A stretch of DNA of 64,000 bases from Pseudomonadales bacterium (GCA_028280345.1 JANQLY010000009.1:43402-107401), one strand, 5' to 3'; shown: positions 10,901 to 19,657, numbered from the stretch's first letter. Translations and numbers: made by a program. The notes: a model not told the origin generated them from the sequence alone.

Positions 10901-11559
10901 CGGTTTACTCCGGGGTTGATGGTCAGGAATTGTTTACTCTTTATGGGGGAGATGTAATCGACTATTTTGGTATGTCGGTTAGTGGTGCTGGTGATGTTAA
11001 TGCAGATGGTTATCCGGATATTATCGTTGGTAGCGCGTCAGAGAACCTTTATGAAGTAATTTATGGATCTGTAGGGACCGCGCGAGTATTCAGTGGTTAT
11101 GATAGAGCCTTGTTGTATGTGTTTGCCGGCGATGATTACAATGATCGTCTCGGAGAGGTCGTTAGTGGAGGTGGCGATGTCAACGGCGATGGCTACGATG
11201 ATCTGGTTGTTGGTGGCTCCTATGTAGATGACTATGGTTACCGATCAGGTTTAGCCAGGGTGTATAGTGGTGCGGCGCTGTGGACAGATTCTGATAGTGA
11301 TGGTTTAAACGACTCTATTGATGGCAATGATGATAATGATGGGTTAATGGATATTATTGATTTTATGCCCCAGATTTTTACCGCTATTGATACAGATAAT
11401 GATGGGATTGATGATAGCATTGACTGGGATGATGATAATGATGGAGTTCCTGATGTCGTTGATGCTACACCGCAGGACAGCAGTGATACGAGTGAAGTCA
11501 ATCTGCCGGCAGATGGAAGCTATCGTGGGGTATTGGATAGTCGGCAAATATTGCGTTAA
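7966..11559 (+). CDS. large secreted FG-GAP/TSP3 repeat protein with DUF4114-like domain
   Basis: Start probably ATG 7966 (MKKLQKVLSLAGFALTCLSAMA signal peptide) or 7951, not 7834. FG-GAP repeats, DNCP..NPDQ.D TSP3 repeats, GFEDLYGGGDQDFND motif. Confidence 0.85.
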   Translation: MKKLQKVLSLAGFALTCLSAMAIDSDLDGIVDQFDPFPNDITRPGFQPLYEIDNAGSMVSAAGDVDADGYDDFVVGKYGITGYVRIYSGLTGSLIHEFEGNHGDYFGRSVGAAGDVNNDGYADVIAGGYSSTDGHVRVISGADGSLLYDLTDGGPSDYYGHAVSGVGDINKDNYDDFLVGTYRSDSAQPGEAWLYSGQDGTLLHVFGGFTNADYFGRSVSGAGDVNQDGYPDLVIGAYRFGQGSSRAFVYSGQDYSLLFALDNDVWFFPGSLNGAGDINNDGYPDLIASNPDVNYDYCCSSGRVNVYSGYDGSILYDLHREFNQLDFGQGVAGVGDVNGDNYDDFAISHYINLNDYAPGMGMVQIYSGKDASILFSFYGTHEDRVMLGRSVAGAGDVDGDGYADIIAGFSGSFVNSNGGLDGFSVFGGSLLLQWIQDADSDSIIDAVDNCIHTANTDQSDLDGDNTGDVCDGTIYGDLDNDGYDDLIVDNCPHLPNPDQLDTDSDGVGDVCDADQGGQEIVMSPGTRVYAKDQDVIVRVMDAEAGYTSELWLTSPGPAQLIATNRDVDTVVNLGKFNDGEELIFSIYIQETGYTYATGPASRNPDNELHAAVYSPQIGVAVVGFEDLYGGGDQDFNDNVFRFYGLSDSYADTDNDGISNYLDDDDDNDGVLDINDAFPQDELEWSDNDNDGLGDNADTDDDNDGVIDDIDTHPLDTTRWLADTGILYNFYGDYENLRLGEQVSLGDVNNDGYSDIAVEGQYSFVYSGLDGSVLKAFFGGYRFHTVGDINADGYEDLLRSYNNNDERSVEIISGAGYSILYQYAGSTYATSTSHNFGTIASAAAGDVNNDGYDDFIIGNPSNDRTGYGSNDNTGAAYVFSGADGSLLYTFDGAAAGVELGDVVSGAGDVNGDGYDDVLIGHDNTLEIKIISGADGTELYTVIKNHWSLAPVGDINIDGYDDFIVGDMQDDLLGPNTGSATVYSGVDGQELFTLYGGDVIDYFGMSVSGAGDVNADGYPDIIVGSASENLYEVIYGSVGTARVFSGYDRALLYVFAGDDYNDRLGEVVSGGGDVNGDGYDDLVVGGSYVDDYGYRSGLARVYSGAALWTDSDSDGLNDSIDGNDDNDGLMDIIDFMPQIFTAIDTDNDGIDDSIDWDDDNDGVPDVVDATPQDSSDTSEVNLPADGSYRGVLDSRQILR

Positions 11560-11687
11560 TCGACCGGTTGACTAATACCGGGTGTAGCGTGGTAACACCT
11601 TGCTGTAAATACCAGAAATAACGATTAGACTTCACAGCTGTGAGTGCTATTTTATTGCTATAGCATTTGATCGTTTGGAAGTCTTCC

Positions 11688-12104
11688 ATGGCAAACTGGA
11701 AATATTTCAGCAAAGTGCATAAAACTGTCTACCGTTTGAGTGGTGGCTTGCTTGGCTCGCGGCTGGGTGGTGTCAATATGGCGCTGGTATCGGTGAAAGG
11801 CCGCAAGTCAGGGCAGGTGCGCACTACGCCGATTGCCTGTTACCCCTATAAAGATTCCGTTGCAGTATCTGCATCCAATAATGGCCTTGATAAACACCCG
11901 TTGTGGTATCTGAATCTTAAGGCTAATCCGGAGGTTGTTATTCAATTTCGCCGTGACCGCTATCGCGCCATAGCAAGGGAGGTTTCCGGGGAGGAACGTG
12001 ACAAACTTTGGGAAATCGTCATTAAACGCAATCCGGCTCAGGCAGATCATCAGTCCCATACCGAAAGGTTGATTCCGCTAGTCTGGTTTGAGCGTAAAAC
12101 ATGA
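11688..12104 (+). CDS. deazaflavin (F420)-dependent nitroreductase-like oxidoreductase (Ddn/FDOR-A family)
   Basis: GRKSGQVRTTP, ASNNG..KHPLWYLNLKANP and ERLIPLV motifs; ATG 11688 preferred over TTG 11667. Confidence 0.85.
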   Translation: MANWKYFSKVHKTVYRLSGGLLGSRLGGVNMALVSVKGRKSGQVRTTPIACYPYKDSVAVSASNNGLDKHPLWYLNLKANPEVVIQFRRDRYRAIAREVSGEERDKLWEIVIKRNPAQADHQSHTERLIPLVWFERKT

Positions 12105-12415
12105 GTGAGAAGGATTTAAAACGGGATATAGCCTACGTGCGAAATGGCAATATGGCACGGGATTTTGCCATGTTTCGGGATTGGATAAACGGTGAGTCGT
12201 TTAAAGCAATCGGGAAGAAGCATAACTGCCGAGCTTCATTAACAGCCACAACCTGCCGCCGTATTTCGCAGCGACTTGTCGATGAAAACCAATGGAGCGG
12301 GAAGCAAACAACAGGCAAGTTTAGCGGTGAATTTCCGGAGTCTGAGAAAGCGCGCTGGCTTGAGGCTGCTGATGATTTTCATAGCTATCTGCTTGGTCTT
12401 GTAGATCGAGACTGA
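12101..12415 (+). CDS. hypothetical protein (possible HTH-like segment)
   Basis: ATGA overlap with the upstream stop suggests translational coupling; GESFKAIGKKH is HTH-like. Confidence 0.6.
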   Translation: MSEKDLKRDIAYVRNGNMARDFAMFRDWINGESFKAIGKKHNCRASLTATTCRRISQRLVDENQWSGKQTTGKFSGEFPESEKARWLEAADDFHSYLLGLVDRD

Positions 12416-12492
12416 AGTTCTTATGTATAAATGATATAGCTTGCGGCCTTCGGAAATTACAGGGCAGTGGCGCATTGAGTCGCCAGTAGTAA

Positions 12493-12509
12493 TTTGACAG
12501 AATGTCAAA
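12493..12509. promoter_or_regulatory. palindromic operator copy 1 (TTTGACA-GAA-TGTCAAA)
   Basis: Perfect 7-bp inverted repeat upstream of the SDR/TetR genes; same core at 14242 and 21884. Confidence 0.7.
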
Positions 12510-12570
12510 AAATGTTTGTAATAACCTTTAAATTTGAATTTTCAATTACCCGAGAAGAGTGGAGCTGAGT

Positions 12571-13446
12571 ATGAGTGATATTCGTTACGATGATCGCGTT
12601 GCCGTGATAACCGGTGCCGGTGGTGGTTTGGGGCGCAGCTATGCGCTGTATCTGGCGGCGCGCGGTGCCAAAGTAGTTGTTAACGATCTAGGTGGCAGCA
12701 CTGATGGTGAGGGTAATGACACCAAAGCGGCAGACACGGTAGTTGATGAAATCAAGGCAGCGGGCGGTGAAGCGGTAGCTAATTACGATTCTGTTTCTAC
12801 CCCGGAGGGTGGTGAAAACATTGTTAAAACTGCTGTGGATGCTTTTGGCAAGGTTGATATTGTGATTAACAACGCCGGTATTTTGCGCGACAGTTCCATG
12901 GTGAAAATGCCGTCTGCCAATTTTGACGCCTTGATTGACGTACATCTCAAAGGTGCGTTCTATGTAACTCAGCCGGCGTTTCGCCTGATGAAAGAAAATG
13001 GTTATGGGCGTGTAATTTACACGGCATCTGGTGCCGGAGTATTTGGTAATTTCGGTCAGGCGAATTATGCAGCGGCGAAGATGGGTTTGGTTGGATTGTC
13101 CAGTGTCACAGCCATTGAGGGCGCCAAGTATAATATTAAATCCAACGTGGTGACTCCGATTGCGCGTACCCGACTTACTGAAGATGTAATGGGCGCCACA
13201 GGGGATATGTTTGCGCCGGAATTCATTGCTCCGATGGTGGCCTATCTGGTTTCTGAAGAGTGTGACTACAGCCATGAAATCTTTAATGTAGGTGCGGGTC
13301 GCTATTCACGTATTTTTGTTGGTTCTGCACCGGGCTGGAATGCAGCACAGGGTAGTACTCCTTCCGTAGAAGATATTCGCGACAACCGTGAAGCAATTTT
13401 CTCTACAGAGGGCTTTAAAATTCCGGCAAATGCGGCTGAAGCCTGA
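12571..13446 (+). CDS. SDR oxidoreductase, MFE-2/(R)-3-hydroxyacyl-CoA dehydrogenase-like
   Basis: TGAGGGLG, VVVNDLG, NNAGILRD, GNFGQANYAAAK; ATG 12571 follows GGAG. Confidence 0.9.
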   Translation: MSDIRYDDRVAVITGAGGGLGRSYALYLAARGAKVVVNDLGGSTDGEGNDTKAADTVVDEIKAAGGEAVANYDSVSTPEGGENIVKTAVDAFGKVDIVINNAGILRDSSMVKMPSANFDALIDVHLKGAFYVTQPAFRLMKENGYGRVIYTASGAGVFGNFGQANYAAAKMGLVGLSSVTAIEGAKYNIKSNVVTPIARTRLTEDVMGATGDMFAPEFIAPMVAYLVSEECDYSHEIFNVGAGRYSRIFVGSAPGWNAAQGSTPSVEDIRDNREAIFSTEGFKIPANAAEA

Positions 13447-13509
13447 TTTTAACTCTGGTAAGCTGCGACTATGCCGTAAGGTGAGTCAGATAGCAGGTTA
13501 AACAGAAGA

Positions 13510-14196
13510 TTGAAAAAAAACACGCAGGAAAAATCAGCGCCGGCACAAGCCAAACCGGCGAAGACCAGGCCGGTTAAGGATAAGGCGGGTCGTGACCTTG
13601 GAACCCGGGCATTAAAAACTCGTCAGAAGTTTCTTGATGCCACGGCCCAACTGCTTGCAGAACGCAGTATTCTGGATATTTCAGTCACAGAGATCGCGCG
13701 ACGTGTCGATAGCGTATCGAGCCTGTTCTATCACTATTTCCAGGATGTGGAAGATGCTGCGCGACACCTCGCAAAGGAAGCTTCTGGTGAAATGCCTGCG
13801 ATGGTAGAGCTGATTGATGGCAGTTGGGATGGAGACGAAGGCTTGCAGCGTGCGCGCCGTCTGGTTAAGGCTTATCTGGAGCACTGGGAAAAGTATCACG
13901 GCGTGTTGTTGTTACGAAATCATGCAGCAGACCGCGGCGACAAGCACTTTCTGAATATTCGCAAACAGGCTCTTGAGCCACTAATCGAAAAGCTGACGGA
14001 GCTTATTGATGCCGCACAGCAACAGGGTCGGGTGGCAGAAGATATTCATCCTTACCTTGCTGCTTCTGCATTGGTTTCGATCCTCGAAAAACTGGCGGCT
14101 TATGCGCGCAGTCTGCCGCATTTTCAGGCAAGCGAGAAAGATCTCGTCGATACCTGTGCGCGCATGATTTATAACACCGTTTCCGGTCTTTCCTGA
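13510..14196 (+). CDS. TetR/AcrR family transcriptional regulator
   Basis: N-terminal HTH TRQKFLDA...ISVTEIARR....SLFYHYF. Confidence 0.9.
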   Translation: MKKNTQEKSAPAQAKPAKTRPVKDKAGRDLGTRALKTRQKFLDATAQLLAERSILDISVTEIARRVDSVSSLFYHYFQDVEDAARHLAKEASGEMPAMVELIDGSWDGDEGLQRARRLVKAYLEHWEKYHGVLLLRNHAADRGDKHFLNIRKQALEPLIEKLTELIDAAQQQGRVAEDIHPYLAASALVSILEKLAAYARSLPHFQASEKDLVDTCARMIYNTVSGLS

Positions 14197-14241
14197 ACAC
14201 TAAATACTAGTGGAAATACACAGGGTAAAAGCTCCGACAGG

Positions 14242-14262
14242 TATTTGACACATTGTCAAATA
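14242..14262. promoter_or_regulatory. palindromic operator copy 2 overlapping a sigma70-like -35
   Basis: TATTTGACA-CAT-TGTCAAATA; TTGACA (14245) is followed after 17 bp by CAATAT (14268), which is preceded by TG. Confidence 0.75.
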
Positions 14263-14340
14263 AGTGCCAATATGTCCGCCATTAAAGATAGGCAACGTCC
14301 GATTATTTTTTAACTGGTTAACGAAAAGAGGTTAAACAAC

Positions 14341-15231
14341 ATGGGTTTATTAGATGGTAAAGCAGCGGTTGTAACAGGTGCCGGTCGCGGTATCGGTAAA
14401 GGTCACGCGCTTCAATTCGCTAAAAACGGCGCGAGTGTTGTCGTCAATGATATCGATAAAGATGTAGCGGATGAGGTTGTTGCCGAGATCAAGGAGCTTG
14501 GTGGTAACGCCATCAGTAATACTGACAGTGTGGGTGAAAAAGCCGGTGCTGATGCGATGGTGGCAGCCTGTGTTGAAGCCTTTGGTAAAATTGACATCAT
14601 GATGGCGAATGCCGGTATTGCCCGTGACCGTACCTTTCTGAAGATGTCCGAGGAAGAGTTTGATTCCGTGATGAATATTCACGTAAAAGGAACTTTTCTG
14701 TGTCATCAGGCGGCGGCTTTGCAAATGAAGGAGCAGGGTACAGGCGGTGTGCTTCTGTCTACAGTTTCTGCGGCCCACTTCGGCAACTTTGGTCAAACCA
14801 ACTACTCCGGTGCAAAAGGTGCAATCGCTTCCATGACCTATACGATGGCTATGGAGCTGGCACGCTATGGTATTCGCGTGAATGCAATCTCTCCGTCCGG
14901 TACCACTCGTATGTCAGATACTTATGTCGGCCCGGATGGTAAAAAACACCCGATGCCGTTTATCGACCCTGAATTGAATGGTCCGGTGATTGCTTATCTG
15001 TGTAGTGATGAAGGTAACTACATTTCCGGCCAGATCTTCGGTACCGGTGGTGAGCGTATTGCACTGCTTGAGCAGCCGAAATATGGCCACACCTTGTTTA
15101 TGCCAGGTGGCTGGACGGTTGAAGAAGTACAAAAGAACTTCAAACAAAATCTGGGTAACAAGCTGGAGGCGTTGGGTATTACGAAACCGCCGTATCCATT
15201 CGCAGACGGCATCAACCCACCTGAAAAATAA
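14341..15231 (+). CDS. SDR family oxidoreductase (3-hydroxyacyl-CoA dehydrogenase-like)
   Basis: TGAGRGIG, NAGIARD, GNFGQTNYSGAK; GAGG RBS. Confidence 0.9.
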   Translation: MGLLDGKAAVVTGAGRGIGKGHALQFAKNGASVVVNDIDKDVADEVVAEIKELGGNAISNTDSVGEKAGADAMVAACVEAFGKIDIMMANAGIARDRTFLKMSEEEFDSVMNIHVKGTFLCHQAAALQMKEQGTGGVLLSTVSAAHFGNFGQTNYSGAKGAIASMTYTMAMELARYGIRVNAISPSGTTRMSDTYVGPDGKKHPMPFIDPELNGPVIAYLCSDEGNYISGQIFGTGGERIALLEQPKYGHTLFMPGGWTVEEVQKNFKQNLGNKLEALGITKPPYPFADGINPPEK

Positions 15232-15358
15232 CTTTTCAGGTGCTGCGCTCGGAATCTCGTCGTTAAGCATGATCTCAAAATCCTCAGGTATTATTTATAC
15301 ATTCCGGTTTTTCGATCATGCTTGCCTCGACCTTCCATTGCTCGCGATACTGAAAAGT
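15231..15358. repeat. ~128-bp intergenic palindromic element (RPE/ERIC-like)
   Basis: Terminal inverted repeat ACTTTTCAG...CTGAAAAGT, inner arms AAGCATGATC/GATCATGCTT, core AATCCTCAGGTA-N-TATACATTCCGGTT. Confidence 0.6.
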
Positions 15359-15403
15359 ATTTTTTTGAGTTATCGCGCTCAAAACAGTTGTTTCAAATAA
15401 GGG

Positions 15404-15429
15404 AAGGGATGTGTAGACATCCCTTTTTT
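15404..15429 (+). terminator. intra-cluster Rho-independent terminator-like hairpin
   Basis: AAGGGATGT-GTAG-ACATCCCTT followed by Ts. Confidence 0.55.
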
Positions 15430-15456
15430 GTCGAATAAAAAAGAGAGAGAAGCTCT

Positions 15457-16902
15457 ATGTCACAGGTCGGAATTTCTGCTTACGGTTGCTATATCCCTTC
15501 AACTCGTTTGCCGCTTGCGATGATTCATGGTGGGCGTGCAAAAGAAGGCGGGCCAGAAAAAGCTGTTGCAGGCTTTGATGAAGATGCGATTACCATGGCA
15601 GTGACTGCGGCTGCAGATTGTCTCGTTGGTGTTGATCGCGAAGGCATTAGCGGTCTGTATTTTGCAAGTACCACATCACCGTTTCGTGAAAAGCAGGCGG
15701 CAGCTTTTGTAGCCAAGGCGCTAGATTTACCTGTGGCGATAGAGACTATCGACTTTGCGGGCACCTTGCGTGCAGCAGCAGGTGCACTTAAAGCAGCGGT
15801 TAATGCAGTAACCGCCGATACCACAAAACAAATTCTTGTCGTCGCGGCGGATTCCCGTCTCGCGCCGCCGCGTTCCATGATAGAAAGCAATTTTGGTGAT
15901 GCTGCTGCGGCATTTCTGGTTTCTGCGCATAAACCGATAGCGGTTATTGAGAGTAGTTATGCAGTAGCTGATGAAATTTATGATGTCTGGCGCTCCGAGC
16001 ATGATGACTACATTAAATCCTGGGAAGACCGTTTCAATGTTATGCATGGTTATACCGATAATATGCTCGCCGCAGGTAAGGGATTGCTTGAGAAGTCAGG
16101 TGGTGCAGCGAGTGACTATGCAAAAGCGGTTCTCTATGGGCCGGATGCACGCAGCATTGGTGGCATTGTGAAAGGTTTGGGTTTTGATAGAGAGCAGTGC
16201 CAGGATGCAATGTTTGGTCGTGTGGGTAATTGCGGCACCGCATTCACTCCGTTGTTACTGGTTGCTGCATTGGAAAGCTCCGCAGTAGATGAAAAACTGT
16301 TTGTGGTGTTTTATGGCGATGGTGCTGAAGCATTATCGGTAAAAGTTACCGAAGCTATTGCTGACTTTAAACCTCACCACACGATTGCCTGGTATCTCGA
16401 ACGTGGCAAGGCGTTGCGTTCCTACGACAGTTATTTGAAATCCCGCCATCTTGATGCAAGCGAACATGATCGTCGCGCAGGAGATGGTGTGCCGGCAACA
16501 GTGCACTACCGCGAACGCGATATTGATGTGAGTTTCCTGGCGCAGAGATGTACAGAATGCGGTACAGTGCATTTTCCTGCTTGCCGGGTTTGCTACGGCT
16601 GTTATGCCAAAGACAAATTTGAGAATGTCCGTCTATCTGATCTCAAAGGTAGGGTGATGAGTTTTTCGTTTGATTACTTTTTCCCAAGCCCGGAACCACC
16701 ATTAATTGTGGGTATGTGTGAAGTCGAAAATGGTGCCAGGGTTTATCTGCAGATGACCGATGCCACCCAGGATATGTTGCGTTGTGATTTGCCGGTGGAA
16801 TTTGTGTTCAGGAAAATTCACGATGTAGGTAAAAAACCCAACTACTTCTGGAAAAGCCGACCCCTTGTTGAAGAAAATGCAAATGAGGAGGCTGCGGCAT
16901 GA
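15457..16902 (+). CDS. HMG-CoA synthase-like domain (no catalytic Cys) fused to DUF35 Zn-ribbon/OB-fold domain
   Basis: N-terminal YIP..RL, EKAVA..DED..TMAV.AA, FGDAAAAFL, GNCG; C-terminal CTECG..HFP...VC..C and OB fold. Confidence 0.85.
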   Translation: MSQVGISAYGCYIPSTRLPLAMIHGGRAKEGGPEKAVAGFDEDAITMAVTAAADCLVGVDREGISGLYFASTTSPFREKQAAAFVAKALDLPVAIETIDFAGTLRAAAGALKAAVNAVTADTTKQILVVAADSRLAPPRSMIESNFGDAAAAFLVSAHKPIAVIESSYAVADEIYDVWRSEHDDYIKSWEDRFNVMHGYTDNMLAAGKGLLEKSGGAASDYAKAVLYGPDARSIGGIVKGLGFDREQCQDAMFGRVGNCGTAFTPLLLVAALESSAVDEKLFVVFYGDGAEALSVKVTEAIADFKPHHTIAWYLERGKALRSYDSYLKSRHLDASEHDRRAGDGVPATVHYRERDIDVSFLAQRCTECGTVHFPACRVCYGCYAKDKFENVRLSDLKGRVMSFSFDYFFPSPEPPLIVGMCEVENGARVYLQMTDATQDMLRCDLPVEFVFRKIHDVGKKPNYFWKSRPLVEENANEEAAA

Positions 16903-18071
16903 GCGACAAAACTGTAAATGAAGGTATAAAAGATAAAGTTGCCATTGTCGGTGTTGGTTGTTGCAAGTTTGGCGAAAACTGGCACCAGGGCCCGGAAGAT
17001 ATGATTGTCGAAGCGGCTTATGAAGCCTATGAAGATGCAGGATTGGATAATCCGCAGGAGCAAATTGAAGCAGTCTTTTGTGGCTCGGTATATCCATCCC
17101 GTGGCACAGCAGAAGTTGCAGAATCGCTTAAACTATTCGATCGCCCGGTCTCACTAACACAAAACTACTGTGCTACCGGTACGGATGCATTTCGTTATGG
17201 TGTGGCAGCAGTTGCCGCGGGTATGCATGATACGGTTTTGGTCGTGGGCTTTGATAAGCCAAAAGATCGTGGCGTATCGGGCCCAAGTATCCATATGAAT
17301 ACCGCGCGGGGTTTGCCGATGACACCGGCAGGCTGGTTTTCACTGTGTTGTGCGCGTTACTTTGAAACCTACGGTGCGGGTCGTGAGGAGCTGGCAAAGA
17401 TTGCGGTGAAGAATCATCACAACGGCACGCTCGCTCCCAAGAGTATGCTAAAAAAGGAAATTACAACCGATGATGTGATGAAGGCGCGCATGATTTCCTG
17501 GCCATTTACGCTCTATGATTGTGCGGCACAGTCTGACGGTGCAGCAGCTGCGATTATTACCCGCAAGAACCTGGCAAAGTCTTTCCGTCGCGATGACCCG
17601 GTTTATGTAAAAGGTATCAGTATTGCCCTGTCAGCAAATCCTCAGACGGACCCCACCTTTGATTTTCTCGCCTGGAAACCAACGATTGCTGCGGCAAAGG
17701 ATGTCTACAAGCAGGCGGGCATTAGTGATCCGGCAAAAGAGATTCACCTTGCTCAGGTGCACGACTGTTTTACGATGACGGAACTGCTGACCTATGAAGA
17801 TCTGGGTTTTATCGAAAAGGGCTCTGCGAAGGAGCATATTGAAAGTGGTACGTTTGAGCTGGATGGTGAATTACCGGTTAACACGGACGGTGGCCTGAAA
17901 ACTTTTGGGCATCCTACCGGCGCGACCGGGGTGCGAATGATTTATGAAAATGTGTTGCAGTTACAAGGGCGTGCCGAAGGGCGCCAGGTGAAAAATGCCA
18001 CAATGGCTATTTCGCATAATCTGGGCGGAGCGCCGCAGACCTGTGCGCTTGCATTGCTGGGTATGGAGTGA
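16899..18071 (+). CDS. thiolase (SCP2/PhlC-like acetyl-CoA C-acyltransferase)
   Basis: NYCATG, IAVKNH, DGAAA, HDCF, GHPTGATG, HNLGG; overlaps the upstream stop (ATGA). Confidence 0.9.
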   Translation: MSDKTVNEGIKDKVAIVGVGCCKFGENWHQGPEDMIVEAAYEAYEDAGLDNPQEQIEAVFCGSVYPSRGTAEVAESLKLFDRPVSLTQNYCATGTDAFRYGVAAVAAGMHDTVLVVGFDKPKDRGVSGPSIHMNTARGLPMTPAGWFSLCCARYFETYGAGREELAKIAVKNHHNGTLAPKSMLKKEITTDDVMKARMISWPFTLYDCAAQSDGAAAAIITRKNLAKSFRRDDPVYVKGISIALSANPQTDPTFDFLAWKPTIAAAKDVYKQAGISDPAKEIHLAQVHDCFTMTELLTYEDLGFIEKGSAKEHIESGTFELDGELPVNTDGGLKTFGHPTGATGVRMIYENVLQLQGRAEGRQVKNATMAISHNLGGAPQTCALALLGME

Positions 18072-18883
18072 GTGGCGTGAGCTACGATACGATCAAACTC
18101 GAAAAGGATAACCGCGTTGCGATTTTAACGTTAAATCGACCTGAGCGTCACAATGCGTTCAGCTTTGCTATGGCTCGGGAGCTTTCTGATGTCTGGCGGG
18201 TGATCAAGAAAGATGATGATATCAATTGCATTGTAGTGACTGGCGCCGGTGAGAGAGCCTTATGCACCGGTGTGGATGTGCAATCAGTGGTTGAAGAGGG
18301 TGGTTTTGAGGAAGATCGTCAGAATAGTGACGAGAAACCACCGTTTTTGTCTATGACAGCGATTCAAAATCAGTGTTGGAAGCCGGTGATTACCGCTGTG
18401 AACGGTATGGTCTGTGGCGGTGGTCTACATTTTGTGGCGGACAGTGATATTGTTGTATGTGCTGAGCATGCAACGTTTTTTGACACCCATGTAAAAATTG
18501 GCACAATTGCCGGGCTGGAACCGGTAGGGCTGTCGCGTCGTATGCCATTCGAAGCAGTGATGCGTATGGCCTTGCTTGGCGGCTCTGAAAGAATGACGGC
18601 GGAGCGGGCATTGTCACTGGGTCTGGTTGGTGAGATTGTCTCACTTGAGCAATTAATGCCACGCTCTATTGAGCTGGCTCATAAAATTGCTGCGCATTCA
18701 CCAACGGCATTGGCAAAAACTAAAAAAGCTATCTGGCAAAGCCTTGATACCGGTTTATCAGAGGCTAATGAACATACCTGGAATATCATCAAGCAGCATA
18801 CAAGTCATCCGGACCAGGCAGAAGGCACATTGGCTCTGGTGGAAAAGCGGGCACCAAATTGGGCGCCTTACAACGAAGAGTAA
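18068..18883 (+). CDS. enoyl-CoA hydratase/isomerase (crotonase) family
   Basis: LNRPERHNA, TGAGERALCTGVD, KPVITAVNG. Confidence 0.9.
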   Translation: MSGVSYDTIKLEKDNRVAILTLNRPERHNAFSFAMARELSDVWRVIKKDDDINCIVVTGAGERALCTGVDVQSVVEEGGFEEDRQNSDEKPPFLSMTAIQNQCWKPVITAVNGMVCGGGLHFVADSDIVVCAEHATFFDTHVKIGTIAGLEPVGLSRRMPFEAVMRMALLGGSERMTAERALSLGLVGEIVSLEQLMPRSIELAHKIAAHSPTALAKTKKAIWQSLDTGLSEANEHTWNIIKQHTSHPDQAEGTLALVEKRAPNWAPYNEE

Positions 18884-18911
18884 AGCAAAAGGCTAAATAA
18901 GAGATAAAACT

Positions 18912-19646
18912 ATGTATGAATATCTTGAAGTGGATGTGTCTGACAATATAGCGACTATATTTTTTGACCGTGCTGAAAAGAAAAATGCCTATACGCCGGA
19001 GATGGGTGAGGAAATTGTTGCCGCACTAAATGATGCCATGGCTGATGATGAAGTGCGTGTGGTGATTCTCACTGGCAGAGGAGATGCATTTTGTGCCGGT
19101 GTTGATCTCGATTATTTCAAAGCTCATATGGCGGGAGAAAATAAGAGTAAGGGCCCAAAACTTGGTGAAGAGTATTTTGTTAACGGCTGGCCGCTGGATT
19201 TGGTGGATTATCCAAAGCCTGTTATTGCGGCGATGAACGGTGCAGCATTTGGTGTCGGAGTGACCATGACACTCGGTTGTGATGTGCGCTATGCAGCAGA
19301 AGGTGCGAAACTCGGTTTAAATTTTACTGCATTGGGTGTGTTGCCGGGACTGGGCAGTACGCACCACTTGCCACAACTGGTTGGTGTCGCCAAGGCAATG
19401 GAGCTCGTACTAAGTGCTGCAAAGATTTCTGCGGAAGAGGCCTTTGAAATTGGTTTGGTGCAGCGATTGTGCCCACCGGATGAAGTGTATAGTGATGCAC
19501 GCAAATTGGCTCAGGCTATTGCCAAAAACAAACCGGAAGTGATTGCTGCGGCAAAAAAAGCTTTACGTAGCGGTGCGTTGAGTTCGTTAGATGATGCAAT
19601 CAAAATGGAAAAGCAATTGAGTCGTGACATTGGAAATATTAAGTAG
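18912..19646 (+). CDS. enoyl-CoA hydratase/isomerase (crotonase) family
   Basis: RAEKKNA, TGRGDAFCAGVDL, KPVIAAMNG. Confidence 0.9.
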   Translation: MYEYLEVDVSDNIATIFFDRAEKKNAYTPEMGEEIVAALNDAMADDEVRVVILTGRGDAFCAGVDLDYFKAHMAGENKSKGPKLGEEYFVNGWPLDLVDYPKPVIAAMNGAAFGVGVTMTLGCDVRYAAEGAKLGLNFTALGVLPGLGSTHHLPQLVGVAKAMELVLSAAKISAEEAFEIGLVQRLCPPDEVYSDARKLAQAIAKNKPEVIAAAKKALRSGALSSLDDAIKMEKQLSRDIGNIK

Positions 19647-19657
19647 CGGGGTGTGAA

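Noticed and set aside
2300-11500. Many short alternative-frame ORFs (Met/Val-rich or Ser-rich) inside the giant genes
   Set aside because: Artefacts of GAT/GGT-rich repeat coding.
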